From the human T2T-CHM13v2.0 reference genome, Homo sapiens: DNA of 64,000 nt. The stretch lies in NCBI RefSeq assembly GCF_009914755.1, contig NC_060927.1; one strand, written 5' to 3'. Position numbers and translations under genes: made by a program. Positions 39,881 to 53,661 of this stretch are shown one piece after another; positions within the stretch are counted from its first letter, which is position 1, and every line of letters begins with the position of its first letter. The notes under the pieces are model-generated. The model worked only from the letters and a program-made list of their open reading frames with translations, was not told where the DNA came from and did not search any database.

Positions 39881-42543
39881 ACTATTTTGCTGTGATTTCT
39901 AGCAAGTGAAAACAACCCTACTGAATAGTAATCCTAACCCTCAAGAAGTCCAGACCATCACTAGTTTTCTGTTGTTGTCCTTCATCACTCCTCCTCCTTA
40001 GCACATCCCCGTGGCTTTTCCTTCTCTGCTGTAATCCCTCCTCCCTTGCACCTATCCTTTTTATCTTTTTGATAATATCCATTCTAACAGGTGTGAGGTG
40101 ATATCTTATTGTGGTTTTGATCTGCCTTTCCTGGGAAAATATCAGAAAAGATCCCTGGGGAAAGATCAGAAGCTATTTCGCCCATCCTGTGTTTTGTTGC
40201 TGTGGGAAACAAGGAGATTCTCCTGCTTTGTGCCAGCAGTGAATCAAATAAGAAGTAGTAGATAATTTGAAGGGTGAGGACAAAGACAGGAGGCCACAAG
40301 CAAGTGATGTTCCTTTAAAACACAGCATTCAAGGAGAAGCAAGTGAGTGAGGCTGAAAGAGTGAGGAAAGATTGCTAGGTAAGGGGTCAGGTGGTATCTG
40401 GAGACCACCAAGGTCCAAAAGAAGGAGGAGATGATCCACAAAGGAATGTGGTGCTGAGTAATGTGGGGACCCTCGAGATTTGGGTAAGGAGGAAGGCAGG
40501 AGGAGGATTTAAGGGTCTAGATTTTTAAATACATGTACTTTTAATAAGTCCAAACTCATCAACATATATACATTAAATGTGGGCAAATTTTTTTATCAGT
40601 TATGCTTTGATAAAACTAAAAAATAAGGAACTTTTCCATAAAAGTAGGTCGTGACCCTAATAATAGTAATAATAACCCCTTCTGTGTGTCTGTTTCACAG
40701 TTTAACATTCTGCTTGCACTTCGAGGAGTCAAGGATGCCACTGCCTCATTATGCATGTAAAGAGACCGTGATATAGATGGGAAAAAAGACTTCCTCGAGG
40801 TCTTTTGGAAGTTGAGATTGGAACTTGGGTCTCAAAGCCCAAGTCGCTTACTGCTTATTTCTGTAACATGATGTTGGAGATTGGGCAGGACTGCTTGGGA
40901 GAAGCAATTGACTATAACAGAAGGGCAGAAAGGAGATAAAAGGAAGAGAAAAATTGCAGATGCAGTATGTGTAATAAAAAGTAAGCTACTCTGCCCTTAA
41001 AGTTTATGTCCTATAATCTTCCACTTTAAATTATTCTCTCAGATTTTTCTAGTGTAAATAGGTTGAGAATATTAGAACTGATTACCTTTTCAGTTCTATT
41101 GCCCAGCCATCCTCATTTGGCCAAAGGCCAACAGACAGTTTTCTGGGTTGAGATGTAGGAAGGCTTTGGCAATGGGCAGCAGTCTTTCTTAGCCCGTCTT
41201 TGCCATGGGGCTCAGTCTCTTTGGGTTGCGCCACCTTTACAGGTTAGCTGGAGTCAAGCTTAGGTCACATACGGGGATCCAGATCTGTGGATAAGCCAAC
41301 GAAAGGAAGAGAAATCAAGTGCAAGGCCAAGAAATCAGAATTCAGTTACCACATCAAAGCCAGAATGACAGCACTCTGAGCTGGGAGGGCTGGGGCACTG
41401 CCTCAGTTCCTCACATGAGATAGTCATGCTAGAGCCCAAGAAGCAGATAGATCCAAGGCAAAGAGACAAGGACTTGGGAGGGCAAGGCTCCAGTTGTTTC
41501 TCATTCTTTGTCTGGCTGAGCCAGTCAAAGACTCAGACAAAGGGCAAGAGAAGTAAGCAAGTGGGTACCTGGCCGTTTGGGGCTGTGCTGGCGGTGAGCA
41601 GAGGAGGCAGCCGATGTTTTATAAATTGTTGCAAACAATACTCCTAAAGTCTTGGGCTTTATTTTTGCAGAGAGGAAAAAGGGCCCATTTAATTGTGCTT
41701 TGTTATTCTCCTACTCATATTTTTTTCTCTTTTATTGTAGTGATGGCAGTGGTGTTCAGCCAGGAGCAAGTTATATGAGGTAGGGTTCTGCCCAGGGGAG
41801 GTGCCAGGGGCAGGCGGTGAGATAGGGCGTCCAGGCTACCTGGGTGTCTGCAGAGCACCCTGGAACACCCATTTCAGTGAGTTGTCTGACCCAGGAAGGT
41901 CAGCACTCTGCTCTCCCCACTTTGTTCTTGGGGTGAAGGATGGATCTTGTGAAATCCTGAGCAAGAACAAAGGCTGACTTTATCCCTAGGAGGGATATTT
42001 GGGTCACTTTTCCTCTCTGAAGACTACTTCCACAGTTCTCAAAGTGAGAAGGCAGAAATGAAAGCACTTTCCCTTTTCTGTTTGTGCCCCTAAATTCCCC
42101 TGCACCTTCAGTCTTCCTTTGGCCAGGTAACTTCCTTTTGAGTTGGCTAGCTTCCTCTGCCTGCTGCTTAGGGATACAGGAGAGATGGTCCATTCGAGAA
42201 AGGACTCTAATCTTTGTCTTTTGTGTATAGAGTAAATAGGTACTTGGCCAGGATTCCCTGAGCTCTTGCTCCCAGGCTGACTCGTTTGCCTGTGTTCTGA
42301 GGAAACAGGCAGAGTGTGTCTTCCCAGGACAGCCCGGGGGCATTCAGAGTGATCACCCCAGATGCTGCCAGGTTTTTGTGTGTCTTCCAAACTAAGACTT
42401 TTATACAAACTAAAATTAGCCTTTGAGGATAGAGAACTCCCTAAATGGAAACATGTAGCAAAGTGGATGGAGGGATGGCAAAATGGGGCAAGGCTGTCTC
42501 ACCTGCATGTTTTGGCGAAAAATGGTGGAGTTTATGGAGCTCA

Positions 42544-42595
42544 GTGTGTGTGTGTGTGTGTGCACGCGCGCGCGCGCACACGTGTGTGTGTATAT
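42544..42595. repeat. 52-bp uninterrupted alternating purine-pyrimidine tract with a (CG)6 core
   Basis: gtgtgtgtgtgtgtgtgtgcacgcgcgcgcgcgcacacgtgtgtgtgtatat. Confidence 0.95.
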
Positions 42596-43753
42596 CTCAG
42601 ATCTTTGTTTTTAGTGACTCACATATGTGCTCCTGAGTTGCTTTTTGTGGACGACAGGGCATATACCTCCCTATTCTTCTCAGTCCTTTCGGACATGCAC
42701 TCATTTTATATCACCTCAGGGATGGCTCCAGCCTTCCTACCCAATTCTTAAGTATTAGAAGACAGGTTACTCCCAAACAACTAGGCGGTGTCTGATACCC
42801 TTGTGGCAATCAAGTGATGCTCTACAAAGCTGCTTTGTAGAGCTGACCTGAGTGGCTAGGGTCTTTGTAGAGATGAGCTGAGTGGCTAGGGTTAGATTAA
42901 GGCTTGGAGGGGTCCAAGAAAAATGAACAAGTTACAAGGCTGTAACCCTCTGAAAGGCCACAGAATTATTAGTGATATTTTGAGTTTTAATTATTGATAG
43001 CAACTCAGTAATTTAAGTAGTTAATCAACTCAAGAATAAATACAACTTAGCAGGAAGTAATTAAAAAATTGAGATGTTTAACTGGAGGAGTTTTAAGCTT
43101 TGAAGTTATCTATTCAGTCAGAATAGTTGCACAAAATACCAAATTATTCATTTACTAAATATGAAATGTTTTTTTCTTTCTCTTTCCCTCTCTGATGCAC
43201 ACACACATATATTTTATCATAGTTGGATCTTGTAGGAAAAAGACTTTGAAGGGACTGATCATTTTCAAATCATTTATCCAGCGAATAGATATTGACATAT
43301 TATTTTGCATGTTATTCTCTGCTCAAAACTGTAAGGGTGTTAAGATGCTTAAAACATGATTGCTGCCTTTCAGAAACTTTCAGCCATTAAATTGAGAAGA
43401 GAAGACAAACTTGCAAAATATAATAATAGTTATATAAATATTGAATTCAGCGAGAAGTGCCGGTGGTATATAATTAGGTTCTAGAAGAATGGATCAGATA
43501 GCTGTGACTTACGAAGGGGAAGACATAATTGCTGACTGCATTTTACTAAACCATTTATTTCCTCCTGGATTTGTTCCCTGTGTGTAAAGAGGGGCCTTCA
43601 ACCCTGGTCAGGTGAGATGGAATATGCAATGCATATACATTTATCTGGAACTTTGTCCAGAGAATGGGTCTTTCAAAAAACAGAGTTACATAAATCCTCT
43701 CAGTGATTCTTTGGGGATTGTTGAGATGTTCGTCATTATCTTTATTTTGCAGG

Positions 43754-44110
43754 TGCCTTAGTCCGTTTGGGTTGCTATACCAGAATAATATAGACTAGGT
43801 GGCTTGTAAACAACAGAAATGGATTTCTTACAGTTGTGTAGGCTGGAAGTCCAAGATCAAGGTGGCAAGCTGATTCAATATCTGATGAGGGTCCGCTTCT
43901 GGTTTACAGGTAGCCATCTACTTTCTTTGTCCTCACGTGGCAGAAAGGAGCAAAGGTCCTCTCTGGAGTCCCTCTTACAAGGGCACTCATCCCATTCTTG
44001 AGAGTTCATGATCTAATCATGTCTGAAAGGCCCTATGTCCAGGTACCATCACATTAGGATTAGGTTCAGCATGTGAATTTTGGGAGGACACAAACATTCT
44101 GTTTATGGCA
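43754..44110 (-). mobile_element. MLT1A-type solo LTR with TSD GCAGG, inserted in a MIR
   Basis: tgccttagtccgtttgggttgctata...ggctggaagtccaagatcaaggtg...gacacaaacattc; GCAGG at 43749-43753 and 44111-44115. Confidence 0.9.
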
Positions 44111-45564
44111 GCAGGTAAGGAACTGCAGGTCAGAAGGGCCCCAGCAAAGTATCATTCTGAAATGAATGACAGATGGGACAGGCACGAAGCTTGAAAGCGA
44201 GGAATAAGGGTGTGTCTTGCTTGACTGTGACCGTCTTGCTTACCTGCTGAGGCAGAGGTGCTAGGTATGCCTTCTCTTCAAGGCAGGGCCTCATCATGTA
44301 AAGGAGCTTCTGGGTGGAGGCTGAGTGCTTTCTCTATATAGCCAGAGGCCTCACTCCAATGCTTGGGGTGTGAGATCTAAGTTTTGCACAGATGTCTTCT
44401 TGCTACAGGCCAAGGCCACAATTAGGGGGAATGGACTCTTTCCACATACTTACTTGTCATCTCGTCCAAGGTAGATGCTTGATAAAATAGTGCTGTATGC
44501 TAAAGTGAGCTGCCTAAGCTTCCCTACACATGAAAAAGAAGCCTAGAGGAGAGCACAGATGGGGGACCGTTCAACTGCATTCCCAAGAGCATTATCCCTA
44601 ACAGGGATAATGGCAGGATGTCCACTGTCTGCGGCCCCTTCTTTTGCCATTCTTTTACATTCATTGCTGTAGAGGGTATAAATAGGAATAAGGAACTGAT
44701 GGCTATGTGAAGGTGAATTTCAAACTCTTTGAGTTGTGATTAACTTCCAGAGGCCTCAAAATAACTGATTTACATAAAGTATGATGCAGAAACTAAGCCA
44801 CTCATTTACATCTTCACCATATTTTTTGCATGTAAGGACATATGTTGGTTACCTTTGGTCTTGACAATAACTTCAAGGAAGGAATGCTTTGTCTAATCCT
44901 TGTTCCTTCTTCAAGGCCCAACTCAAACACTTTCTCCCCTGGAATCCTTCCCAGAGCTCTTTAGTCAGAATTAATGATCCTATATACCTTTCCATAGCTC
45001 TTTGTTCATATCTCTTCACATATTTGGTTATTCACATGTGTGTTCATTTCCTTCATTCAACTCATATATTGTTTTTTTTTACACTCAGAAGCTGAAATTA
45101 GTAGACACTTAGTGCTACATGCTGATTGTAAAGTGTATATCTAGAGGAAAGCCAGTACAGTTCAATGTACCCAGTGTGAAGTACTTTCATCCTAGTACTT
45201 AATATTTGGATATTTTCTCCATTTTTTTTAAATACTAGGACTTGCGTGAATGAAAGCTTAGTCTCTAGATAGACACAAGTAGGGTCTCTTCACATGAAAA
45301 AGGAACTCATCCTCTTCCCCTTTAGCTCCTTAAAGCTTCTCCTCTGGGTGGCAGAGTCGTTTGATGAAAGGAACATGAACTTTAAGCTGACCAGATGGGT
45401 GATCTTGGGTAAGTTATTCTTATCTTTCCACATAACAACTTCTCGGATATAAAATGTGGATAATTACAGTTTCCTTGAACAGTTCCATAGCACAGTGTCG
45501 TCACTTCTCATGCCTTCATCCATACCTTCATCATTTCTCATCTGGACGTTTCACTGGAAGATGA

Positions 45565-45928
45565 CTGTCCTAGCTCAGGCTGCCATCACAAAATACCATA
45601 GACTGGGCGGTTTGACAAGAGAAATTTGTTTTCTCACAGTTCTGAATGCGGGAAATTTGAGATCAGGGTACCAGTATGGTCAGAATATGGTGAGGGTTTT
45701 CTTCCCAGTTTGCAGATGGCCACCTCCTTGACGTGTTCTCACACGGCAGAAAGGGAAAGAATAAGCACTCTGGTATCTCTTCTTATAAAGGCACTAATCT
45801 CATCATAGGGGCCTCACCCTCATGACCTCATCTAAATCTAATTACCTCCCAAAGACTCCATCTACAAATACTATCACATTAGGGCTTCAACATATGAATT
45901 TGGGGGGAACGCAATTCAGTTCACAGCA
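45565..45928 (-). mobile_element. MLT1A0 solo LTR
   Basis: tgtcctagctcaggctgccatcacaaaataccatagactggg...ccctcatgacctcatctaa...caattcagttcacagca. Confidence 0.9.
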
Positions 45929-46079
45929 ATGATTGTGCCATTCCTTCAATCCATTCTTGCTATATGGAATATAGATCTGTCACATTTCCCTGCAGGCCAG
46001 AATAAAATTCACATTTCTTTGCATAACACTTGTAACTCTGACTCTTATTTAATGCTTCAGCATTGTATCTCTCTGCCTT

Positions 46080-46510
46080 CATGTTGGTTGGTTCTTCCAG
46101 GAAGCAGACACCAACATGGGATTAGAAATGCAAAAGATCTATTGGGGAAAGATAATAGGGAAAGGGAAAAAGAGTAGGTAGGGAAACTTTAGACTGCAAT
46201 ACCAAGTGAGACACATGAAAAAGAAAGGAATCAAGTACAATCAGATAGGAAGAGCATTGTACTGCAATGTAACTCTGAGCAACAAGGAACTTTTGTGCAA
46301 AGATCATCTATAGAGGAGTCCCCATTGGTTGGGAGTGGCAAGCCTTGCTTGGTTATTGGCTGGAGCTACCTTAGTAGAGCATGACCTCAGCTTCAAAGCC
46401 GTGGCAGATCCTAAAGACACCCACAGCTAGGAGCTGTCAGCTAACTCTACTCCTTGTGGCAGATTTTGTCTTGAAAATAAATCTGAGCAGCATACTTTAT
46501 GACCTCTGCA
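46080..46510 (-). mobile_element. Old ERVL-type LTR (LTR16/LTR33 class)
   Basis: ggttggttcttccaggaagcagacacc...ttattggctggagctacc...agcatgacctcagc. Confidence 0.45.
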
Positions 46511-46889
46511 GTCTGCTTTGTGCTCTCTCCTTTGCCATGCCAAGTTACTTCAACAGCCATTCTACAGATATTTGAGTGCCTGCTTTGTGCCCATAACCAA
46601 GCTTGCTGAGCAAAACCAGGCTTCTCTGGAGTTTACAGTCTACTGGGGGAAATAAATGCTAATCAGATATTCACAATGATGGTGCATAACTGCCAGCGGC
46701 ACTGAATGCTCTGCAGGAAAGGAAGTCCATCTTACAGGAGTGGGTGGCAAAGGAACCTGAATTCCTTGAACTCACCCCAGTTTCTTGACTCTCTGTCGTT
46801 GTATGCGTTGTTACTTCTGCCATAACGTCCTTTCCCTGCTTCTTTGCTTAGCCAACATCATTCAATAATAACAACCATGAGCACATATT

Positions 46890-47357
<468 letters not shown>

Positions 47358-49014
47358 GTAAACTTTTTGTACAAAATACTCATTTAATGCCCACTATACG
47401 TCTAAAACAGTAACTTTTTCAAAAAGTTGCAATTTTACAGTACAAGAAGTTAAACAACCCACTAAAAGTCACTGAGCCAGTGGTGCTGGGATTTGAGCCC
47501 AGCAAGTCTGTTCCTGAGCCTGTGCTTTCAACTACCAAGCTGTTTCGCCTCTCAAGAGACATTACTTGGAAAGCCCCCCCCCACCCCCCGCCGCCCCACT
47601 CCTCAGCCTGGCTTGACTGTTTCCCATGTGATCCATCTGTATCCTGTACATGCCTCTGTTACAGCACATTGTGATGGCACTGGAAACTGTCCCTCACTCC
47701 TCATCCCCCTCCCAGCACCTCACACATACTGAGTGCTCAGTCAATCTGTTGAATAAATGGATTGAGACAGATGAGAGAGTTGCCCATACATGGCACATGG
47801 ACTGTTAAGCTGGAACAGGACGTTGGGTAAGTTGTTTTCTCCTTTTTAGATGTTTTTGCCCTTGTCCAACCTTCAGAAGTTTACTTCCTCTCTGGTTTAA
47901 TACTGTTCTTAGACATACTGAATTATAAGGACTGTGGACTGAAAAGGGGCAGCTTTGAAAGAAGTGTATCTCATATAGTTCTTTGTTGTGTCTAATTCAT
48001 TTTGTGGTGTCACATTCATTGGGCAATTTATATTTCTTTTCATGTCCCTGAAGTAATGTTTTATTTTTAGATAGTTCTAACCCTGAGGACATTCCAAAGA
48101 CAATGGTATTTCTGTTTTTTTAAAATAAAGGAATACATAATTTTTTAAAAGCACATTTTGCTAAGGGACTTTCAAAGGGACAGGACAGTCATGTAATTGG
48201 GGGGTGAAGGTGATTCTGTTCACTTTTATTCTATTGTTTTCCCCTTTCTCCTCCATAGGGGCTAGTCCTGAGATAAAGTAAAAAAAAAAGGCATATGGTA
48301 ATCCATTCTGAATATGTCATATTCCCTTAGTGTTCATAGCTGAGACCTTCCATAAACTATTTCTTAAGACACTGAAGATGAATCTCTTGACACGGTTATA
48401 GGGAGCAGAGATAAGGCATCCAAGGGGTTGCTTTTCAGCTAGGAAGTTTTTGGTCATCTGTACAATGCATACCCCAGTATCATAAATGATAAGATTTTAT
48501 TTTCAACCATTCTTTTTCTTGAATTAAAAAAAAAAACAGTGATTAGGAAATTTTCAACTAGAGGAAACCAAAGAACAGCATCATAAACCATGTGTATTCA
48601 GCTTCAACATTTACCCACATTCTTTTAATCCTACTACCAGACTTGCCTATCTGAATCATGAATGTTAGGCCCTCTGGTCAACTAGATTTTCTTCAATGCT
48701 TGATTTTTCCCTTCAAACAGACTTCTGTTACTGTCACTAGAACAATCAGTATTAGACTTATTCCAGCCACTCTTCCCTTCTCTCTCCCACTCTAGAGAAG
48801 AAATGGCCTCAAATTTAGTTTGGAGTAGGGTGCTGTGCACATATCTCATTAGGAAATGGTGTAGATATTCAGGTTCTATCTAAAGATAGTTCATAGGAGA
48901 AAAGGGGAGGCAAAGAGAGGTGATTCATGTGCTGGAATGATGAAGGTACCAGCGCTGCTCCTTGAAGGATTATTAGCTTTTGGATGGGTGATGGAATTAA
49001 AAATTATTAATTGT

Positions 49015-49230
49015 AATGGCAACAATAGCTAATATTTGACGTGTTTACTATGGTCCAGGCACTGTTCCAAGCACTTCACATATATTACGTCATTACTATA
49101 TGCAAAGGTGAGGAACAAGAACTATTAACATCCCATTTGCAAATGAGATGGAACCTGAGGTACAAGGAAGTTAATTCCTTCAAGGGCACACAGCACAGGG
49201 AGATAGAAGTTCAAATATTCGTGAGATCAT
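49015..49230 (-). mobile_element. MIR
   Basis: aatagctaatattt...ccaggcactgttccaagcacttcaca...gaacctgaggtacaaggaagttaa. Confidence 0.7.
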
Positions 49231-52200
49231 AGAGTGGGAGTGAATGTCATCAAGACCAGCTCTTTTATTAAGGAAACCATAGTGCAAAGGGGGAAGGGGT
49301 TTCTCCAGGACACGCAGTGAGTGGGTGGTGGGTTTGAGACTCTTTTCCAGGAACCTAGATTTGAGTGTGGTGTGTTTCAGTTATACCAGACAGTCGTCTT
49401 CACTAACAGAAGCACCTCGCGAGGCCTCATGATGTCAGTTCCCTACCTTTCAGCTTTTGTTAGGATTGACTCTTCTTTTACTATTTCTTTCTTCGAGGAA
49501 TAGTTCTTGCTTTTTATATTTTTAAATCTCATCTCTGCAAATTATTGAACTTAGCTAACATTTAGAGAATACAGCCTGTTCAAAGCATAGTCCAAAGACA
49601 ATGTAAAGTTAGGGGAAGAGTCTCTTGCCTCTTTATCTGAAATTCCAAATATAAAATGAATGTTTTCATTTTTTTACCCCATTTCCTCTGCCTTATAGTC
49701 TCAAAAAACTGATGGATGTCTGAAGGATAATTTCTTTCTCTGCCACCAAAGGCCTTGCCCACTATGGTGCTTATTCACTTTATTTTACTTTTATAATGGA
49801 AAAAGTTTATATACAAAGCAAAAATTGAGCACTGAAACAGATCACTGATTCTCAATCAGAGGCTACAGCAAGAGATGGGAAATAATTGTGTATAAGGATT
49901 TCCCCTTTCACTTTTAATTTTTTAATGCACGTTACTGTGTACTCAGGGGTTTTCATCTATTCAGTATGTTACAATCAATTATAGTCATTATTATTTGGAC
50001 CAAATTTGGCCACCAGAAGCCTCTTCAGTCTGATTCCTTTGTCCTTTTGGCATAAACCCATTAATCTTTGAATCCTTTCTTGTATTCAGTGATAATAAGA
50101 TGTCCCATTAAGGTGTCATGTTGTACTTTCTTGCTAGACTTCTTCTTTTTTGTAATAATTACTTTTATTTTTTTTTCTTTCATAGAAGAATGGTGGTTTA
50201 GATTGTATGGATTTTAGAAACTCTTGAAAAAAATTGAAAGCCATTAGTAAGATCAATGTACCATTTGAGATTTTTAAAAAAGTATTTCAGCCTTCAAGAG
50301 CAATATTTTTAGAGTGAGACTTATTTTGGAAATGGAATCTATAAGGTTTCTAAATCAGGGGTTTCTATTTTTCACTAATTTCATCTTTTCTCTTGTTCAA
50401 CTCTTCTAATTTCTGTCTTTGACTGCTGAGCCACATTAAAAAAAGAAAGCACCATTATTGCTTACTAAGGAGATATCATATGGAAAGAATTCTCAGATCC
50501 TGACCTTGTCCAAGGAGTGGTGAAAGGGATGGCATCCCAAATGTTAGCTGTCCTTTGTGGCCTTTTCTGCTTCTGGAGTCCAGAGGTTCTCCCTCTGTAC
50601 CTTGTGACCTATCCATCATTGAAATCAGCTTATTCGTTTCAGTGCCAGATGTGTCTGGAGTCCACCTTAGTTCCCTTCTTACTTAATCTCTCGAGCATTT
50701 GAGCTTTTTTTTTTCTTTTGCCATCTGTAAAGTGAAGCAAAACTTGTAAGTTTGAGGTAAGCATTAAATGAACAATGTTTACACTATAAATAAGGGACTT
50801 GAGGCATAGTGAGGGTTTTGTACCTGTTGAATTCCTTCTTCCTTGTGTTATATTTACTTACACATGCAGGATATGTGTCTGCTTCATTTCTATAAATATT
50901 TTTATTGTTAAGTATAAGACAAATACAAAAACCTCCTAAAATAATTGTACAGTTTAATGAACTATTACGAGATGAGCATTTTTTAAAACGTTATCCATGT
51001 GAAACAGGCCCTCTCTTTATTAGATGAGGTACACTCTGTGGTGAACAAGATAGGGTCCTGCTTTCACAGAGCTGATGATTCTGTAGCATCTGGTACTGCC
51101 AGAGATCATACATAGGAATGAGAGAAGACATTTAATTTGGCTAAATTAACATTGGCTCAAATCCAGCAAAAGACCTTGTTAGCAGAAGGTAGAGCTCTTT
51201 GTCCACTATGGTGTAGTTTGGGCATTACATGGATGTGTGCGGTTGGCCATACAACCATGAGATAACATGAGATTCCATGTCTCACTTCCATGGTTACAGA
51301 AGGATCAGCATGCTTTATAGTTTTACATCACAAAATGATTCAGAAAAATGCAGATGTTTACAAATCCTATACTTGTCCCAGAAACCTTAAACTCCCACTT
51401 GAAAAGGAAATTCAAAATGTCAGGAATCCCTGGGGAGGAACATTCAACTTTAGGATCTTGGCTCTGCTTGACTCTCACTCAGGGGTAGCCACCAGCAGTT
51501 GGGTGCAGCCCTGATAGAGATTAATGTAACTCAGCCTAGACTTCTTCCTCTCTGGGCTCCTCCCTTGTCATGTCCTCCGACTTTGACTCTGCTGTGTGTG
51601 TCCTTGACCTGCTTCCCACTCTCTGGGTCTCTGGACTTGATAGAAAGCCTTGGTGAGTTCTAACTGCTACCTCTGGGAGTTCCTCTGAACCTTACCATCC
51701 CATGCACCTCTCTTGTTCTGTCCTATTTAGATGTGATAACGCTGCAGGATAAATCTTCTGGAACTATCTCCCAGGCTTCATGCCTTATAACCATAGGCAA
51801 TGCTAACTTGCTTTGTTGTATAGCCCCAGTCTGGGAGATCAGACAGTGGTTTCCACTGGCTTGGGGTTAACCACAGAGATGTCTTTTTGTTCTCTCTGAT
51901 TTTGTTTCCTTGCTTGTTCTTTATGCTGATCCTTAAAAAATGTCATGAAACTGTGGCATTGTGACAATTAGCCCTTGGCATTGCTGTTTGGGAACAGATA
52001 AGGGAAGTTTCTGACATTAAGATTGGTTATGCCAGGACCATACTACCTGTCTCAGGTATCCTTCTTGGGCTCCCTGGCGTTGTTGGTTAGCTTGCTCTGG
52101 ACCTTGTCTGCCTAACAGGGCTTCGGGTATCTTGAGAACAAGGACTGTGGCCATCTTTCTTCCCTGGAACCTGAGCACTGAGTGTTGTCACCTTTCCACT

Positions 52201-53258
52201 GTGTGTGGCAGCAGCAACCAGAGAAGAGCTGTGGGTTTGCCTGTTTTGTTGCCTACCCATCATCCAGGAGGGCAGCCTCTGTCGTGTCATTAGAGTCGAG
52301 GCCCAACTACGTGGTGCCTTTGAGAGAGCCCACTCTCATAAAGTAACTTTACAGAGAGATGCAGATGAATACTATAATCTGGGTATTGCACTCTTTTTGG
52401 CAAAGAGAAAAAAAGAAGATTGTTACTGTGTCTAGAGTGTTGAAATTGACTTTAGCGTGTTCTTTATCAGTGGGGGCCGAAACATTTTAGCCTGTTATAG
52501 GCCTTTGGAGAAGTAAAAAGAAAGATGTCTGTGGTCCTTGTTGTCATGGTATCTGTGGTGTTGTTAAAGGGACAAGGCCTAAAACAGCTATCCAGCAGTG
52601 GTAGGGAGCCTGAGAAGTGCATGCTGGGACAGGCATTGTGGGCTACAGATTGACAGGAGGGCAGGAAAGGCCCACAGAGGTGGCAGAACATGAAGGTGTT
52701 GAGTTGGACCTTCACGAATGGGAGGAGTCACAGGGGAGAGAAGAGGGCTTTGGAGGAGACCATGGCCTGAGCAAAGCTAATACACAGGGTGTGTTTGAGA
52801 AAACTGAGTGAAAGTGATATAACATTAGCCTTGAAAGAGCATGTGGGGTGGTAGGAATAGAGCAATGCTGAGAAGAAAGTAATTGAGAGGGAAGATTGCT
52901 ACTGGGGCTGGCTTTTTGAGTAGCAAAGCTTAGGTCCTTGTATTCTGCTCCTAAACTAATTCTGATTCATTTTTATAGATCTGTGCTAGTAGTTCATCCA
53001 CAAAGAAGGATTTGGTGCTAAGCAGTATATTCACACTGTATTTGAATACTTGACTTGGAATAAATATTGGCATTAATAACAGTTTTTAAGGATGTTTCTG
53101 ATTGATAATAGACATTTGAATCGCTGCTTGCTAGATTGACTCCAAGAGCTGTGGCATTATGACAGCCTTGGCATTGTTGTTTGGGACCTCTGTCATTAAG
53201 ATTGACTGTGTCACAGCCACAAATGCTGTGAGCAATTGTCTGATCCATGGAGACCTGG

Positions 53259-53661
53259 TGTGTTAGTCCATTCTTGCATTGCTATCAGAAAATACACAAT
53301 GCTGGGTAATTTATAAAGAAGAGATTTAATTGGCTCACAGTTCTGCAGGCTGTACCAGAAACATAGCAGCTTCTGCTTCTGGGGAGGCCTCAGGAAGCTT
53401 CCAATCATGGCAGAAAGCAAAGGGGGAGTGAGCTGTCTCACATGGCCAGAGCAGAAGTAAGTGGGGGCGGTGTTATACACTTTTAAACAACCAGATCTCA
53501 CAAAAACTCATCATCACGAACAGCACCAAGGGGATAGTGCTAAACTAATTATGAGAAACTGCTCCTGTAATCCAATCACCTCCCACCAGGCCCCTCCTCT
53601 AACATTGGGGATTACAATTTGACATGAGATTTGGGCAGGGACACAGATCCAAACCATATCA
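53259..53661 (-). mobile_element. MSTA solo LTR with TSD cctgg/ccttg
   Basis: tttaattggctcacagttctgcaggctgtac...ggaggcctcaggaagcttccaatcatggcagaa...aaaccatatca. Confidence 0.93.

Noticed and set aside
41900-42751. 147-, 134- and 129-aa ORFs
   Set aside because: Overlapping frames with no homology recognised; one runs through a microsatellite
45641-45689. 49-nt cryptic exon in antisense MLT1A0
   Set aside because: These sites are generic to the MLT1A consensus and nothing specific supports use here
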